Origin: Gammaproteobacteria bacterium
GTDB taxonomy: Bacteria; Pseudomonadota; Gammaproteobacteria; CAJXQU01
DNA length: 64,000 nt
Direction: 5' to 3'
NCBI GenBank assembly: GCA_965238175.1
Contig: CBDEGZ010000003.1
Span: 3,232,001-3,296,000 of the forward strand
Shown in pieces: positions 43,297 to 53,983 of the stretch. The notes under the pieces are model-generated. The model had not been told where the DNA came from and ran no database searches. It saw nothing but the letters and a program-made list of their open reading frames with translations. Position 1 is the stretch's first letter, and the number at the start of each line of letters is the position of its first letter. Made by a program: the position numbers and the translations under genes.

Positions 43297-44871
43297 TTAA
43301 AAAGCTTCTTCAGGTTGGCTTTCTTTTAGCCTGGTATTTTCTTTCTTTTTCTTAAATACTACTCTGGTGATCGGGATCAAAAAACTAAAACAAGCACCAT
43401 CACCACTACTACTCTCAACCCAAAGCTCACCTTGGTGTGCTTCAATAATTTCTTTACAGATCGACAATCCCAACCCTGTACCGCCAGCTTCTGTTTTAGT
43501 TTTACTGCTTTGTACAAATTTATCAAAAACAGCATTTAATTCCGTTTCAGGAATACCTACCCCTTGATCTCTAATTCTAAATAAGAGTGCTGGAACAACA
43601 AAAACATCATCACCCTTCCTTCGACCTGGACAGATTTTATCTTGCTCTACAGAAAAAGTTATCGTCTTACCTTCAAGTGAAAATTTGATCGCATTTGAAA
43701 ATAGATTAGTGATTACTTGTCCAATTCGAACAGGGTCAATTTCGGCAGTTGTTTCAAGCTGAGCTGGAGTAACTTCCACAGTGAGTTTCAGCTCTTGTAG
43801 TCTCGTTTCCTGCTCTGCAATACTCTGTTCAATAATGGTTGCTAGATCCGCCTTCTCAAAATGATACTCCATCTTCATGGCTTCCATTTTTGAGAGATCG
43901 AGTAGATTATCCACAAACGAAAGCAATCGCTGACCACTATTATTAATTTGAGTAAAAAAACGCTCGAAGATCTCCTCAGATGTGTTTTTTGTTTTATTTT
44001 TACCAAGCTTAGAAAAACTCAGAATTGCATGTATTGGTGTTCTCAATTCATGAGACATATTTGCCAGAAATTCACTTTTTGAATCACTTGCTCGTTCTGC
44101 CGCTTCTTTTGAAAGTCGCATATCATGAAGCTGATCATCAACCAGTTCTTGTAAATGATCTCGATGTTTTCGCAATTCAGTCTCTTTTTCTTCAACTAAC
44201 TCAATAGCAAGCTTCAGATCAGAAGCTTCCTTCTCAAGCTTAATTTGCGCAACTTCTCCTCGCCAATATTCGTTCTCAACACATCTACCAATTAAAATAA
44301 TGAATACAGGGTAGAGAGAACTGATTAAGGCTAAAAGGTAACCTTGGCCATCCCCAGTCATTCCATGGTAAAGACAAGCAATCGCAATTGGTACAAAAAT
44401 AGTACTGGTGTATAAAGTCCAAAAATGAAAATATAGAGTCATTGTCCCAACGGCAGCGCCCGTTATTCCTACAACAACAACCATCATAATCATAAACTCA
44501 TCTGACATACCTTTGTCGAAAGAGAGAAATGCCACAAAAGTGCCAACACATAGCGTATTAGTTAACGTCCACCAACCATATGATTTCAAACGTTTCTCTG
44601 TTGTCATAATTGATGACTTAGCTAAACGATTACCTGAAAAAAATCGAAATATACTGATAACAGCTAATAGTCCTATTATCCATTCCAGTAGATGAACATG
44701 GTGTTCGTGAGCCTTTGATAGAAAAATAACCCCCAGAATAGGGTATACAAAAACAAGAAACCTACCGCGCGTACCAAGTTCACATGCACCTCGGTTATTG
44801 ACCACACACGCGTCATCATCCAGTAATTCCGAAAGTTGCGAATTCATCTTAAAAAGATCGATCATGATCAT
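43297..44871 (-). CDS. Multi-TM sensor histidine kinase
   Basis: About 6 TM segments, KSEFLANMSHELRTP, NLFSNAIKFS, DQGVGI, FDKFVQ and GGTGLGL. Start uncertain. Confidence 0.9.
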   Translation of the reverse strand: MIMIDLFKMNSQLSELLDDDACVVNNRGACELGTRGRFLVFVYPILGVIFLSKAHEHHVHLLEWIIGLLAVISIFRFFSGNRLAKSSIMTTEKRLKSYGWWTLTNTLCVGTFVAFLSFDKGMSDEFMIMMVVVVGITGAAVGTMTLYFHFWTLYTSTIFVPIAIACLYHGMTGDGQGYLLALISSLYPVFIILIGRCVENEYWRGEVAQIKLEKEASDLKLAIELVEEKETELRKHRDHLQELVDDQLHDMRLSKEAAERASDSKSEFLANMSHELRTPIHAILSFSKLGKNKTKNTSEEIFERFFTQINNSGQRLLSFVDNLLDLSKMEAMKMEYHFEKADLATIIEQSIAEQETRLQELKLTVEVTPAQLETTAEIDPVRIGQVITNLFSNAIKFSLEGKTITFSVEQDKICPGRRKGDDVFVVPALLFRIRDQGVGIPETELNAVFDKFVQSSKTKTEAGGTGLGLSICKEIIEAHQGELWVESSSGDGACFSFLIPITRVVFKKKKENTRLKESQPEEAF

Positions 44872-44923
44872 TTTTAGCGACGATTTAACCGAGAACTTTA
44901 AGTCGGTGATTTACAGAAAACCA

Positions 44924-46165
44924 TTATTGAAACAAAGAGTTCAATGGTGCCTTCATAGATCCTTTAAGGCTGCTAAATGCCTTCCCTAGCTCAGCAAAAA
45001 GTCGTTCATTCCAGATATCTTCCCGAATCAGATCGGAATCAGTCAATGGCAAACCTCCAGGCAAAGCACGATAAAGGCTTAAAAGTGTCTCCTCACCTAA
45101 ATCACGCAATAATACCCAAGCACCATCTTCTGTTCTTTGTAGCCAAGCGGCTTCTCTTAGTGCACGTAAAATTTCATAAATCCGTTCATCATTCATGTCA
45201 GGCTCGTAGACAATTAGATCAGATACCGTACATGGATTGCCCTGAATCTGATGCTTCCAAATTTGGCCAGTAATACGGTAAGCATCCACAAATAAATTTC
45301 GTTTCCGATCGTCTACACGTCCAACATAACGATGATAAATCATATGACAACGTGTGATTTCAGCCCCAAGTAAAATGATAAGCCAGGACAAATATATCCA
45401 AAGCAAAAAGATCGGGATGGTCGCAAATGCGCCATAAATTGCCTGCTGGCTTGGAAAGTTAACAACATAATAAGCAAACAATCGTTTTGCAATTTCAAAA
45501 AAGATGCCTGCGACCACAGCGCCTATCAAGGCACTTTTTGTTGTAACGGTCCTGTTGGGTAATAAACGGTAGATCAAATAAAAAGCCAATGTTGTGGTCA
45601 GCAATGGAAGCAAAACCAGAAACTTCCTTTTAATCCCAAGTGTCGCATCGACCTCACTAAATATCGGTAAAGAAACCAGATACGAAGTTGCAATAAAACT
45701 CGTTCCTACCAGCAATGGCCCCAATGTCAAAACTGCCCAATAGATCATAAAGCGCGTTACCGGTTTTCGTTTCGAACGAACTCGCCAGATGTCATTAAAT
45801 GCCATCTCAATAGTGTTCATCATCGCTAATACTGTCACGAATAAAAAACCAACGCCCACAGCTCTCAGGCCGGCTGCCTTTTCACTAAATTCGTGCAAAT
45901 AGGTTCTTACTGTTGAGCCAAGCGCAGGGACAAAATTATTGAACACAAAGGCTTCAATATCTTTTTCCATACCCTGGAAAACGGGAAATGCTGTTAGCGT
46001 TGAGAACATCACAGCCATCAAAGGCACCAGCGATAATAGTGAAGTATAAGATAATGAGGAAGCCGTTCGTATACAATTATCACTCATAAAGTGCTTTTTA
46101 ACGAAGATCAAAAAATCTCGCAATTCTTGAAATTTCGAAATAACCTGCGCTGGAATAGAATTCAT
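44924..46165 (-). CDS. YihY/BrkB family membrane protein with C-terminal winged-helix-like extension
   Basis: ASSLSYTSLLSLVP, AFNDIW, YWAVLTLGP and IYGAFATIPIFLLWIYLSW..LLGAE. Confidence 0.88.
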   Translation of the reverse strand: MNSIPAQVISKFQELRDFLIFVKKHFMSDNCIRTASSLSYTSLLSLVPLMAVMFSTLTAFPVFQGMEKDIEAFVFNNFVPALGSTVRTYLHEFSEKAAGLRAVGVGFLFVTVLAMMNTIEMAFNDIWRVRSKRKPVTRFMIYWAVLTLGPLLVGTSFIATSYLVSLPIFSEVDATLGIKRKFLVLLPLLTTTLAFYLIYRLLPNRTVTTKSALIGAVVAGIFFEIAKRLFAYYVVNFPSQQAIYGAFATIPIFLLWIYLSWLIILLGAEITRCHMIYHRYVGRVDDRKRNLFVDAYRITGQIWKHQIQGNPCTVSDLIVYEPDMNDERIYEILRALREAAWLQRTEDGAWVLLRDLGEETLLSLYRALPGGLPLTDSDLIREDIWNERLFAELGKAFSSLKGSMKAPLNSLFQ

Positions 46166-46214
46166 ATTAGAATAATCTCACTATTTCACACTTAAACCTA
46201 CAGGAGCCCAACCG

Positions 46215-47173
<959 letters not shown>

Positions 47174-47189
47174 TGATAAGGATAAACCT

Positions 47190-47573
47190 GTGACCAAGAT
47201 CATTATAGCGCGAATAGCAACACTGATCGGATATTTCGGATTATTGATGTTAGTCGTTTACTGGGCGATAAACCCGACCCAGCTTAACCCAGAAAAACTC
47301 GGAGTTTCTGCAACAAGTGTGATTTTGTTATTTGGTGGCTTGCCGCTGATTTTGGGGATTTCTGGGATATTAAAAAAGAAACCCTACACACATGCATGGA
47401 TTTGTATCATTTCCCTTTTCTATTTGATCCACGGAATCGTTGAGGTTTGGAGCCAGCCTGAAAATAGATTACTGGCTAGCATTGAAATAATTCTGAGTAC
47501 CTTGCTATATCTTGGAGCTGGTTTTTATGCGCGCTATCGTGCTCGGGAATTAAAGGCAAAAGACAGGATCTGA
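47190..47573 (+). CDS. DUF2069-like membrane protein
   Basis: 4 TM segments, YTHAW...LFYLIHGIVE...YAR. Usual position after wrbA. Confidence 0.75.
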   Translation: MTKIIIARIATLIGYFGLLMLVVYWAINPTQLNPEKLGVSATSVILLFGGLPLILGISGILKKKPYTHAWICIISLFYLIHGIVEVWSQPENRLLASIEIILSTLLYLGAGFYARYRARELKAKDRI

Positions 47574-47640
47574 TCCTGAGTGAGGGTTTCAAATTGTTAA
47601 ACTGAACGAATAATACGACATGGAAAGACCTGAGGGTTCC

Positions 47641-47975
47641 TGAACTACCCCCATCCATAAAAACGGACAGGTTAATTAAGCCGCATTCATTAATTCAAAC
47701 TCATGTGGAGATAAATTATCCAATGTTTGATGAATACGTTGCCGATTATAAAAGATTTCTATGTAATCAAAGATAGCGGTCTTTGCTTCCTCCCTTGTTT
47801 GATAACGATAATGATAAATCAGTTCATTCTTCAGGTTATTAAAAAAGCTTTCAGCCACGGCATTATGACCAAAACACTTCGTGGGGCAGGCCTCCCAACA
47901 ATCTCTCTTACGACTCATACTGGGTATCATGCCATGCTGTTTTAATAAATCACGATACTGCTTATAGTCGTGTAA
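47641..47975 (-). mobile_element. IS3-family remnant: terminal inverted repeat plus 3' part of transposase (pseudogene)
   Basis: SMSRKRDCW...NAVAESFFNNLKNE...IFDYIEIFYNRQRIHQTL..LSP. IS3-like end TGAACTACCCC...AAACGGACA at 47641, just past the stop. N-terminal part and other end absent. Confidence 0.85.
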
Positions 47976-48054
47976 TATTTTCCAAAGCAATACAGACACT
48001 CTACCAAACTTTTTTAACACGAAAGTGAAATCTATTAGTTTAAAATATAAAAAA

Positions 48055-48771
48055 CTAACCTGTTAGATTCTGCTCCAATAACTCCTTAACAAACGGCACG
48101 GTCAATTTTCGTTTTGCCGCAAGACTCGCGTGATCAAGTTTATCCAGAAAACCACACAAAGCGTGCATGTCTCGAGGCAATCTTTTGATCAGAAATTCAC
48201 CTACATCATCAGGCAAAGCAAAACTTTTTTTGTCTGCCCTTTGTTGTAACACGGTCAACTTTTTATCATCCTCCAGGTCTTGCAACTGATAGATCAAACC
48301 CCAGTTCATCCGTGAAGCAAGATCTGGCAATTTAAACTCGATTGTCTTGGGTGCGGAGCCTGCCGACATAAGCAATATGTGATCAAGTTCTTTTACTCGA
48401 TTGAATAAATGAAAAATCGCTTTTTCCCATTCCTGATCGCCTGTGATTTGATCGACGTCATCCAAACAAATTACTGGTAGCTCTTCTAAACCTTCTAAAA
48501 ATAAGGGTGTGAATTTCTGCCTGTGAGATAAGGGTAAATAAACTGATTGTTGATCAGATTCCGCAAGTGCTTTGCATAATGCTTGTAGTAAGTGACTTTT
48601 ACCTACACCTTTAGCACCCCAAATAAAAATAGACTCCTTCTGTAATTCAGGCTCTACAATTAAACGAAGTTTCTGTACAACTTCGGAATTAGATCCGTTT
48701 AAGAATTGATCAAAAGAGAAAGATTCAGTCTGGCCAAATGTTAGAGGAAGTTGATGGCCACTATTATTCAT
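48055..48771 (-). CDS. hda: DnaA regulatory inactivator
   Basis: Clamp-binding QLPLTF, GVGKSHLLQA, FHLFNR, LPDLASRMNWG and RKLTVPFVK. Confidence 0.95.
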   Translation of the reverse strand: MNNSGHQLPLTFGQTESFSFDQFLNGSNSEVVQKLRLIVEPELQKESIFIWGAKGVGKSHLLQALCKALAESDQQSVYLPLSHRQKFTPLFLEGLEELPVICLDDVDQITGDQEWEKAIFHLFNRVKELDHILLMSAGSAPKTIEFKLPDLASRMNWGLIYQLQDLEDDKKLTVLQQRADKKSFALPDDVGEFLIKRLPRDMHALCGFLDKLDHASLAAKRKLTVPFVKELLEQNLTG

Positions 48772-48780
48772 TCTGGTTCC

Positions 48781-49872
48781 TTACGGAGTATAAAAATCGC
48801 TCTCTTTATACAGCTCATGCCAGTGTCGCAAAATAACTACGATAACCGCAGCCACTGGAAGCGCCAGTAAAACACCGACAAAGCCAAACAATTGTCCTCC
48901 AGCCATGACAGCGAAAATAACTGCGACAGGGTGAAGACCAATTCGATCGCCGACCAACAAAGGTGATAAAACCATCCCTTCTAAGGCCTGTGCTATTCCA
49001 AACACAATCGCCACGTAGACGAGATGGATAACATCGTGAAATTGCATCAGTGCCGCAACACTTGCAGCAACGATCCCAACGATAAAGCCCAGATAAGGCA
49101 CAAAACTAACTAATCCAGAAATTATGCCAATCAACAAGGCGACATCAAGCCCGACTAGCATTAATCCGACAGTATAAATAAGGGTGAGAACCATCATCAC
49201 TGACAGTTGGCCTCGGAAAAATTCAGCTAAAACTTGATCACATTCTTTGGCTAATCGCGTCACGGTATTCTCAAGACGACGTGGCAGAAGATCATGAATT
49301 CTTTCTATCAATAAATCCCAATCACGTAATAAATAAAAGGTCACAACCGGGATCAAAACTAGAAAAGCAAGCCAGTTAAAAATCTTCAACCCTGAATGGG
49401 TTAGCTTGCCAAACACTCCGCCCATTGCACCACTTAGACTTTCCCAGTTTCCAATAATGGCGCGCTTGAAGGCACTCGTATCCAATGTTGGCGTTTCAAA
49501 ACCGGCAAATTCTGCAATTCTTGGAAGCAGGTTTTCTTGAAAGTAATCAATGCCTGCGGGGATTTTGACGATCAAAACTGAAATTTGTTTTTCCAACAAT
49601 GGAATCATAACCAGTAGTAATATCACTGCAATCAGCGACATGACAAAGAAGACCACTACGACACCTAAGGTACGAGAAAACTTATGCGTTTCGAGTCGAT
49701 CAACCAATGGATCACCCAAATAGGCTAATAAAGCGCTGATCAAAAATGGTGTCAAAACGGGTGCGAGCAAATAGACCAACCAACCACTGAGGGCTAACAC
49801 AGCCAACATAAACCATTTTTGTGAATCACTGAGTTTGCTTAACAAATTTCTTCCTCTGTAAAAAGCGATCAA
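48781..49872 (-). CDS. AI-2E family transporter
   Basis: LTPF..LAYLGDPLVD, FYLLRDW, FFRGQ, FVPYLG and GLHPVAVIFA..GG. True start may be TTG near 49845. Confidence 0.88.
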   Translation of the reverse strand: MIAFYRGRNLLSKLSDSQKWFMLAVLALSGWLVYLLAPVLTPFLISALLAYLGDPLVDRLETHKFSRTLGVVVVFFVMSLIAVILLLVMIPLLEKQISVLIVKIPAGIDYFQENLLPRIAEFAGFETPTLDTSAFKRAIIGNWESLSGAMGGVFGKLTHSGLKIFNWLAFLVLIPVVTFYLLRDWDLLIERIHDLLPRRLENTVTRLAKECDQVLAEFFRGQLSVMMVLTLIYTVGLMLVGLDVALLIGIISGLVSFVPYLGFIVGIVAASVAALMQFHDVIHLVYVAIVFGIAQALEGMVLSPLLVGDRIGLHPVAVIFAVMAGGQLFGFVGVLLALPVAAVIVVILRHWHELYKESDFYTP

Positions 49873-49958
49873 TAATACGATAGGATAAAATAACTACAAA
49901 TTGTAAATCATTTTCATCGATACAAACGCTATTTCATAATACTTATTCAAGTCAACCC

Positions 49959-49987
49959 TTGTTCAAAGCGACTATAGTTTATAGAAT
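49959..49987 (+). promoter_or_regulatory. Candidate sigma70 promoter of purM
   Basis: TTGTTC-N17-TAGAAT. Confidence 0.5.
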
Positions 49988-50014
49988 TGCCTGTTTAGTG
50001 TACTGCAAAATACG

Positions 50015-51055
50015 ATGACACAAACTCCACCTCTCACCTACAAAGATGCTGGTGTCGATATCGACAGCGGTAACCAACTTGTTGATCAAATAAAACCATT
50101 AGTAAAACGAACTCATCGTAAAGGCGTGATGGGCAATGTTGGCGGGTTTGGAGCATTATTCAAATTAGCTGACACCGGTTACAAAAATCCAGTGTTAGTT
50201 TCTGGAACCGATGGCGTTGGAACCAAGCTACGCCTTGCCATCGAAATGGCAAAACACGATACCATCGGCATTGATCTAGTCGCTATGTGTGTCAATGATC
50301 TGATTGTCCAGGGTGCAGAACCTCTGTTCTTCCTTGATTACTATGCAACGTCTAAGCTAAGCGTCGATATTGCAACCGATGTCATCAGCGGCATTGCTAC
50401 TGGTTGTGAACAATCGGGTTGTGCACTCATTGGTGGTGAAACGGCAGAAATGCCGGACATGTATTCTGCTGGAGATTACGATCTGGCTGGATTTTGTGTT
50501 GGTGTGGTGGAAGAAGATCAAATTATCGACGGCAGCCAGGTCAAAGCGGGTAACGCATTAATCGGAATTGCGTCGAACGGTCCTCATTCGAATGGCTATT
50601 CGCTAATCAGAAAAGTTCTGGAAGTATCCAACACCAACTTAGACGAAGACTTTAATAGTCGCCCTATTGGTGAAGTACTCCTGGAACCAACTCGGCTTTA
50701 CGTCAAACCTCTGCTTAAAGTGATCGAGGAATTTTCTATTCATGCACTGGCACATATCACGGGGGGCGGTTTATTAGAAAACATCCCACGCGTCATGCCT
50801 GAAAATTGCACTGCTGTGATTGATCCTGACAGCTGGGAAACACCCGAAATTTTTAACTGGCTGAAAGAAAAGGGTAGTATTGATCAAACTGAAATGTATC
50901 GAACGTTCAATTGTGGTATAGGTATGGTTTTGATCGTTGATAATGATCAAACTGACTCCATTATTGAGCGGCTTTCAGAATTAGGGGAAAAAGCATTCAA
51001 GATCGGCCATATTGAAGAAAAACTCGGTAGTGAACAAGTCATCATTTCAGCATAA
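50015..51055 (+). CDS. purM: AIR synthetase
   Basis: [40 protein letters not shown] and HITGGG. Confidence 0.98.
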   Translation: MTQTPPLTYKDAGVDIDSGNQLVDQIKPLVKRTHRKGVMGNVGGFGALFKLADTGYKNPVLVSGTDGVGTKLRLAIEMAKHDTIGIDLVAMCVNDLIVQGAEPLFFLDYYATSKLSVDIATDVISGIATGCEQSGCALIGGETAEMPDMYSAGDYDLAGFCVGVVEEDQIIDGSQVKAGNALIGIASNGPHSNGYSLIRKVLEVSNTNLDEDFNSRPIGEVLLEPTRLYVKPLLKVIEEFSIHALAHITGGGLLENIPRVMPENCTAVIDPDSWETPEIFNWLKEKGSIDQTEMYRTFNCGIGMVLIVDNDQTDSIIERLSELGEKAFKIGHIEEKLGSEQVIISA

Positions 51056-51069
51056 ATGGGAGCAAACTA

Positions 51070-51933
51070 ATGGCACATAGCATGACTGCTTTTGCACGAC
51101 ACAGCGCTTCAGGAAAATGGGGAAATGCAGTCTGGGAAATACGTTCAGTCAACAACCGCTATCTGGATATCAATTTACGCCTACCAGAAGAGCTACGCGG
51201 TTTAGAACATCAACTACGTGAGAGAATTTCCAATAAGCTAAAACGTGGCAAAGTTGATTGTACACTCAAATTTAAAACTGAATCTCAACAAACGTCACTC
51301 AAAATAAACTTGCCTCTAGTAAAGGAATTGGCGATCGCAACCAAACAAATAAAAAGTGTGGTTTATGAAACCACAGCATTAAGCCCAATTGATGTCCTTC
51401 TGTGGCCAGGCGTACTCAATAATCCTGAACTTGATGTTGAACAAACCGGGAAAGCCATAACTTCTTTGATGGATGAAACATTAGAGATCTTGATCGAAAC
51501 ACGCCAGCGAGAAGGGAAAGCTCTTGTAGATCTTATAGAAACCCGTTGTAACTCAGCCCAAACGCAAGTTACAAAAATCCGTCAACAAATGCCTACAATC
51601 GTCGGATCCTTAAATAAAAAATTGATCGACCGTGTCGAAGAAATCGTTGAACGAATGGATGAAACTCGCCTGGAACAAGAAGTCGCGCTACTGGCACAAA
51701 AATTGGATGTAGATGAAGAGCTTGATCGCCTAAATGCACATATCAATGAAGTACTGCGAGTGATCAATCAAAAAGAACCCATTGGGCGAAGGTTAGATTT
51801 TCTAATGCAGGAAATGAATCGTGAAGCAAATACACTCGGTTCAAAATCGGCACATATGGAAAGCACAGAAGCATCTATAGAACTAAAAGTTTTGATCGAA
51901 CAAATGCGTGAACAGATCCAAAATATAGAATGA
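51070..51933 (+). CDS. yicC: YicC/YloC endoribonuclease
   Basis: SMTAF, RSVNNRYLD, RGKV, GRRLDFLMQEMNREANTLGSK and MREQIQNIE. Confidence 0.95.
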   Translation: MAHSMTAFARHSASGKWGNAVWEIRSVNNRYLDINLRLPEELRGLEHQLRERISNKLKRGKVDCTLKFKTESQQTSLKINLPLVKELAIATKQIKSVVYETTALSPIDVLLWPGVLNNPELDVEQTGKAITSLMDETLEILIETRQREGKALVDLIETRCNSAQTQVTKIRQQMPTIVGSLNKKLIDRVEEIVERMDETRLEQEVALLAQKLDVDEELDRLNAHINEVLRVINQKEPIGRRLDFLMQEMNREANTLGSKSAHMESTEASIELKVLIEQMREQIQNIE

Positions 51934-52541
51934 GCGGCCAACTTTACATTATCTCAGCTCCTTCAGGTGCGGGTAAAACCAGCCTTGTAAGTGCACTTGT
52001 TAGTGCAACAGCAGACATTTCAGTTTCAATTTCGCATACCACCAGAGAAAGGCGTTCTGGTGAGAATAGTGGTGTGGATTACCATTTCATCGATAAGGCA
52101 AAATTTGATCAGATGGTTGAAACAGACGATTTCCTCGAACATGCTCAAGTTTTTGATAATTATTACGGAACTTCAAATACCACAGTCGAAGCGCAGTTAG
52201 CAACCGGAACCGATGTTATTTTGGAAATTGACTGGCAGGGCGCTCAGCAGATCAGGAAACAAAAACCTGATTGCCGTAGTATTTTTATACTCCCTCCTTC
52301 ATATCACGAACTGGAGCAACGACTATATCGCCGTGAAGAAGATAACAAAATTATCGAGAGGCGTATGCGTGATGCGATCGCTGAGATGTCCCATTATAAG
52401 GATTACGAATTTATTGTTGTTAATGACGATTTCCATACAGCACTAGCAGATTTACAATCAATTTTTAGAGCAACTCGACTTCGATCAAAAATTCAGCAAC
52501 AAAGTTTAAAAACATTATTAAAGGACCTGTTTGATCAGTAA
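51930..52541 (+). CDS. gmk: Guanylate kinase
   Basis: SAPSGAGKTS, SHTTR, YYGTS, LEIDWQGA and FILPPS. Confidence 0.97.
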   Translation: MSGQLYIISAPSGAGKTSLVSALVSATADISVSISHTTRERRSGENSGVDYHFIDKAKFDQMVETDDFLEHAQVFDNYYGTSNTTVEAQLATGTDVILEIDWQGAQQIRKQKPDCRSIFILPPSYHELEQRLYRREEDNKIIERRMRDAIAEMSHYKDYEFIVVNDDFHTALADLQSIFRATRLRSKIQQQSLKTLLKDLFDQ

Positions 52542-52713
52542 CCAAATTCAGCAGCAAATTTAATTTTCAGTTTTTATAGATATATACCCGTGCCACCTGG
52601 AAATGCAGATCGACGTCAGCACGCCTGTTGGTGATAAAAAACTCCTGCAAAAAATATATCTTCGTACTAAAACAGCGAATTTAGTCGTTATTTAAAATAA
52701 TATGCACAAATTA

Positions 52714-52755
52714 TGTTGCGCCGCAACAATTTGTCTGCTATGCTGCATTGCAACA
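52714..52755. promoter_or_regulatory. Two PhaR-type TGC-N3-GCA operators upstream of phasin 1
   Basis: TGTTGCGCCGCAACA (52714-52728) and TGCTGCATTGCAACA (52741-52755). Confidence 0.7.
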
Positions 52756-52810
52756 ATCATTAAATGGTTGCTACTTTTTTATTTTTTCTCATTCAATAAA
52801 GGTGAATAAC

Positions 52811-53155
52811 ATGGCTAAAACAGAACAAGTTAAACAAATCGAAGAAACAATTGCTCCATTTACTGAATACAACAAATTGGTTAGCGAAGTCGTAGAAAAA
52901 TCTTTTGATCTGCAAATATCAACATTTGAAAAACTTGTGAAAGCAGGCTTCGACAATGTGAATTCTATTTTCAATGTTAAATCAACAGAAGACATAAAAG
53001 CCTACGCAGAAAAACAACAGACTGTCGCTAAAAGCGTTGCGGAAATTATTGTGACAGATGCAACGGCTCAAGGTGAGTTAGGTAAAACTTTCGTTGAACA
53101 CTCAACAAAATTGATCGAAAAAAATGTCAAAATGCCTAACTTAAAGGCGGCTTGA
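52811..53155 (+). CDS. phaP: Phasin (PHA granule-associated protein)
   Basis: Short helical protein with phasin-like pattern (PFTEYNKL...LQ...KSTED). AAGGTG SD, PhaR-type boxes and PHA context. Confidence 0.75.
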   Translation: MAKTEQVKQIEETIAPFTEYNKLVSEVVEKSFDLQISTFEKLVKAGFDNVNSIFNVKSTEDIKAYAEKQQTVAKSVAEIIVTDATAQGELGKTFVEHSTKLIEKNVKMPNLKAA

Positions 53156-53175
53156 TAAATAGCTTAAATTAAGAT

Positions 53176-53212
53176 AAACCTCGCTATCTCATACTTAAAG
53201 ATAGCGGGGTTT
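53176..53212 (+). terminator. Intrinsic terminator after phasin 1
   Basis: AAACCTCGCTATCT-N9-AGATAGCGGGGTTT(T). Confidence 0.75.
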
Positions 53213-53460
53213 TAGAATCCAGTATTTGTTGAGCAAACGTTGATTACCGTCCTAAATGGTCACACTGGATAATGGGTTTGTAACTACCCAGCTTATTAAG
53301 CCTAAACCCAACTACTTTTGATAAAGTAATATTAAGTAGAAAATGTAATGATAGGACAGAGTATAAAACATACAGATCTACAGTATGCAATCACATAAGC
53401 ATTTTGTGATTACAACATTAGAGTGTACATTAATTAGCGAACTTTTTAGGAGTCATACTT

Positions 53461-53922
53461 ATGAATAACCCTTTTGATTTTAGTCAGTTTTTTCCAAAAT
53501 ACGAACCTCAAGACATGATGCGTCAATTTCAAAATGCCTTCGCTCAATTTGCAACACCACAAACACCAAGCTTCGATTTTTCGTCAATGACCGATGTTCA
53601 GCGTAAAAACATTGAAGCAATCGTCACGTCAAATAATAAGGCAATTGAATGTACTCAAGCGATTCTTACCATGCAAGCAGAGTTATTCCAGGAAGCTATA
53701 AAGGATGCTACTGATGCTGGTCAAGCATTTGCTGAAAATGCAAATGACAAGACCAAACTGAGTGAAAAACAAACCGAATTGATGCAAACAGCTTTCGATA
53801 AAGCCCTGAAGTCTTCTACAGAAATTAGTGAGCTTATCAGCAAAACACAAGAGGAAATGACAGAAACTATCTCAGCAAGAGTTAAAGAAGGATTAGATGA
53901 GATCCGGGAATCCGTTAAGTAA
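53461..53922 (+). CDS. phaP: Phasin, second type
   Basis: FDFS...QRKNIEAIVTSN...AFDKAL...ISARV. AGGAG SD. Directly before phaC. Confidence 0.82.
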   Translation: MNNPFDFSQFFPKYEPQDMMRQFQNAFAQFATPQTPSFDFSSMTDVQRKNIEAIVTSNNKAIECTQAILTMQAELFQEAIKDATDAGQAFAENANDKTKLSEKQTELMQTAFDKALKSSTEISELISKTQEEMTETISARVKEGLDEIRESVK

Positions 53923-53983
53923 AGACTTAATGCTTCATTTACTCAGCTAACTTGTCTTAAAGTAATTTCATAATAAAAAGAGA

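Noticed and set aside
47976-48020. N-terminal extension of the IS3 ORF in the ORF track
   Set aside because: It has no transposase similarity; this is chance read-in from flanking DNA.
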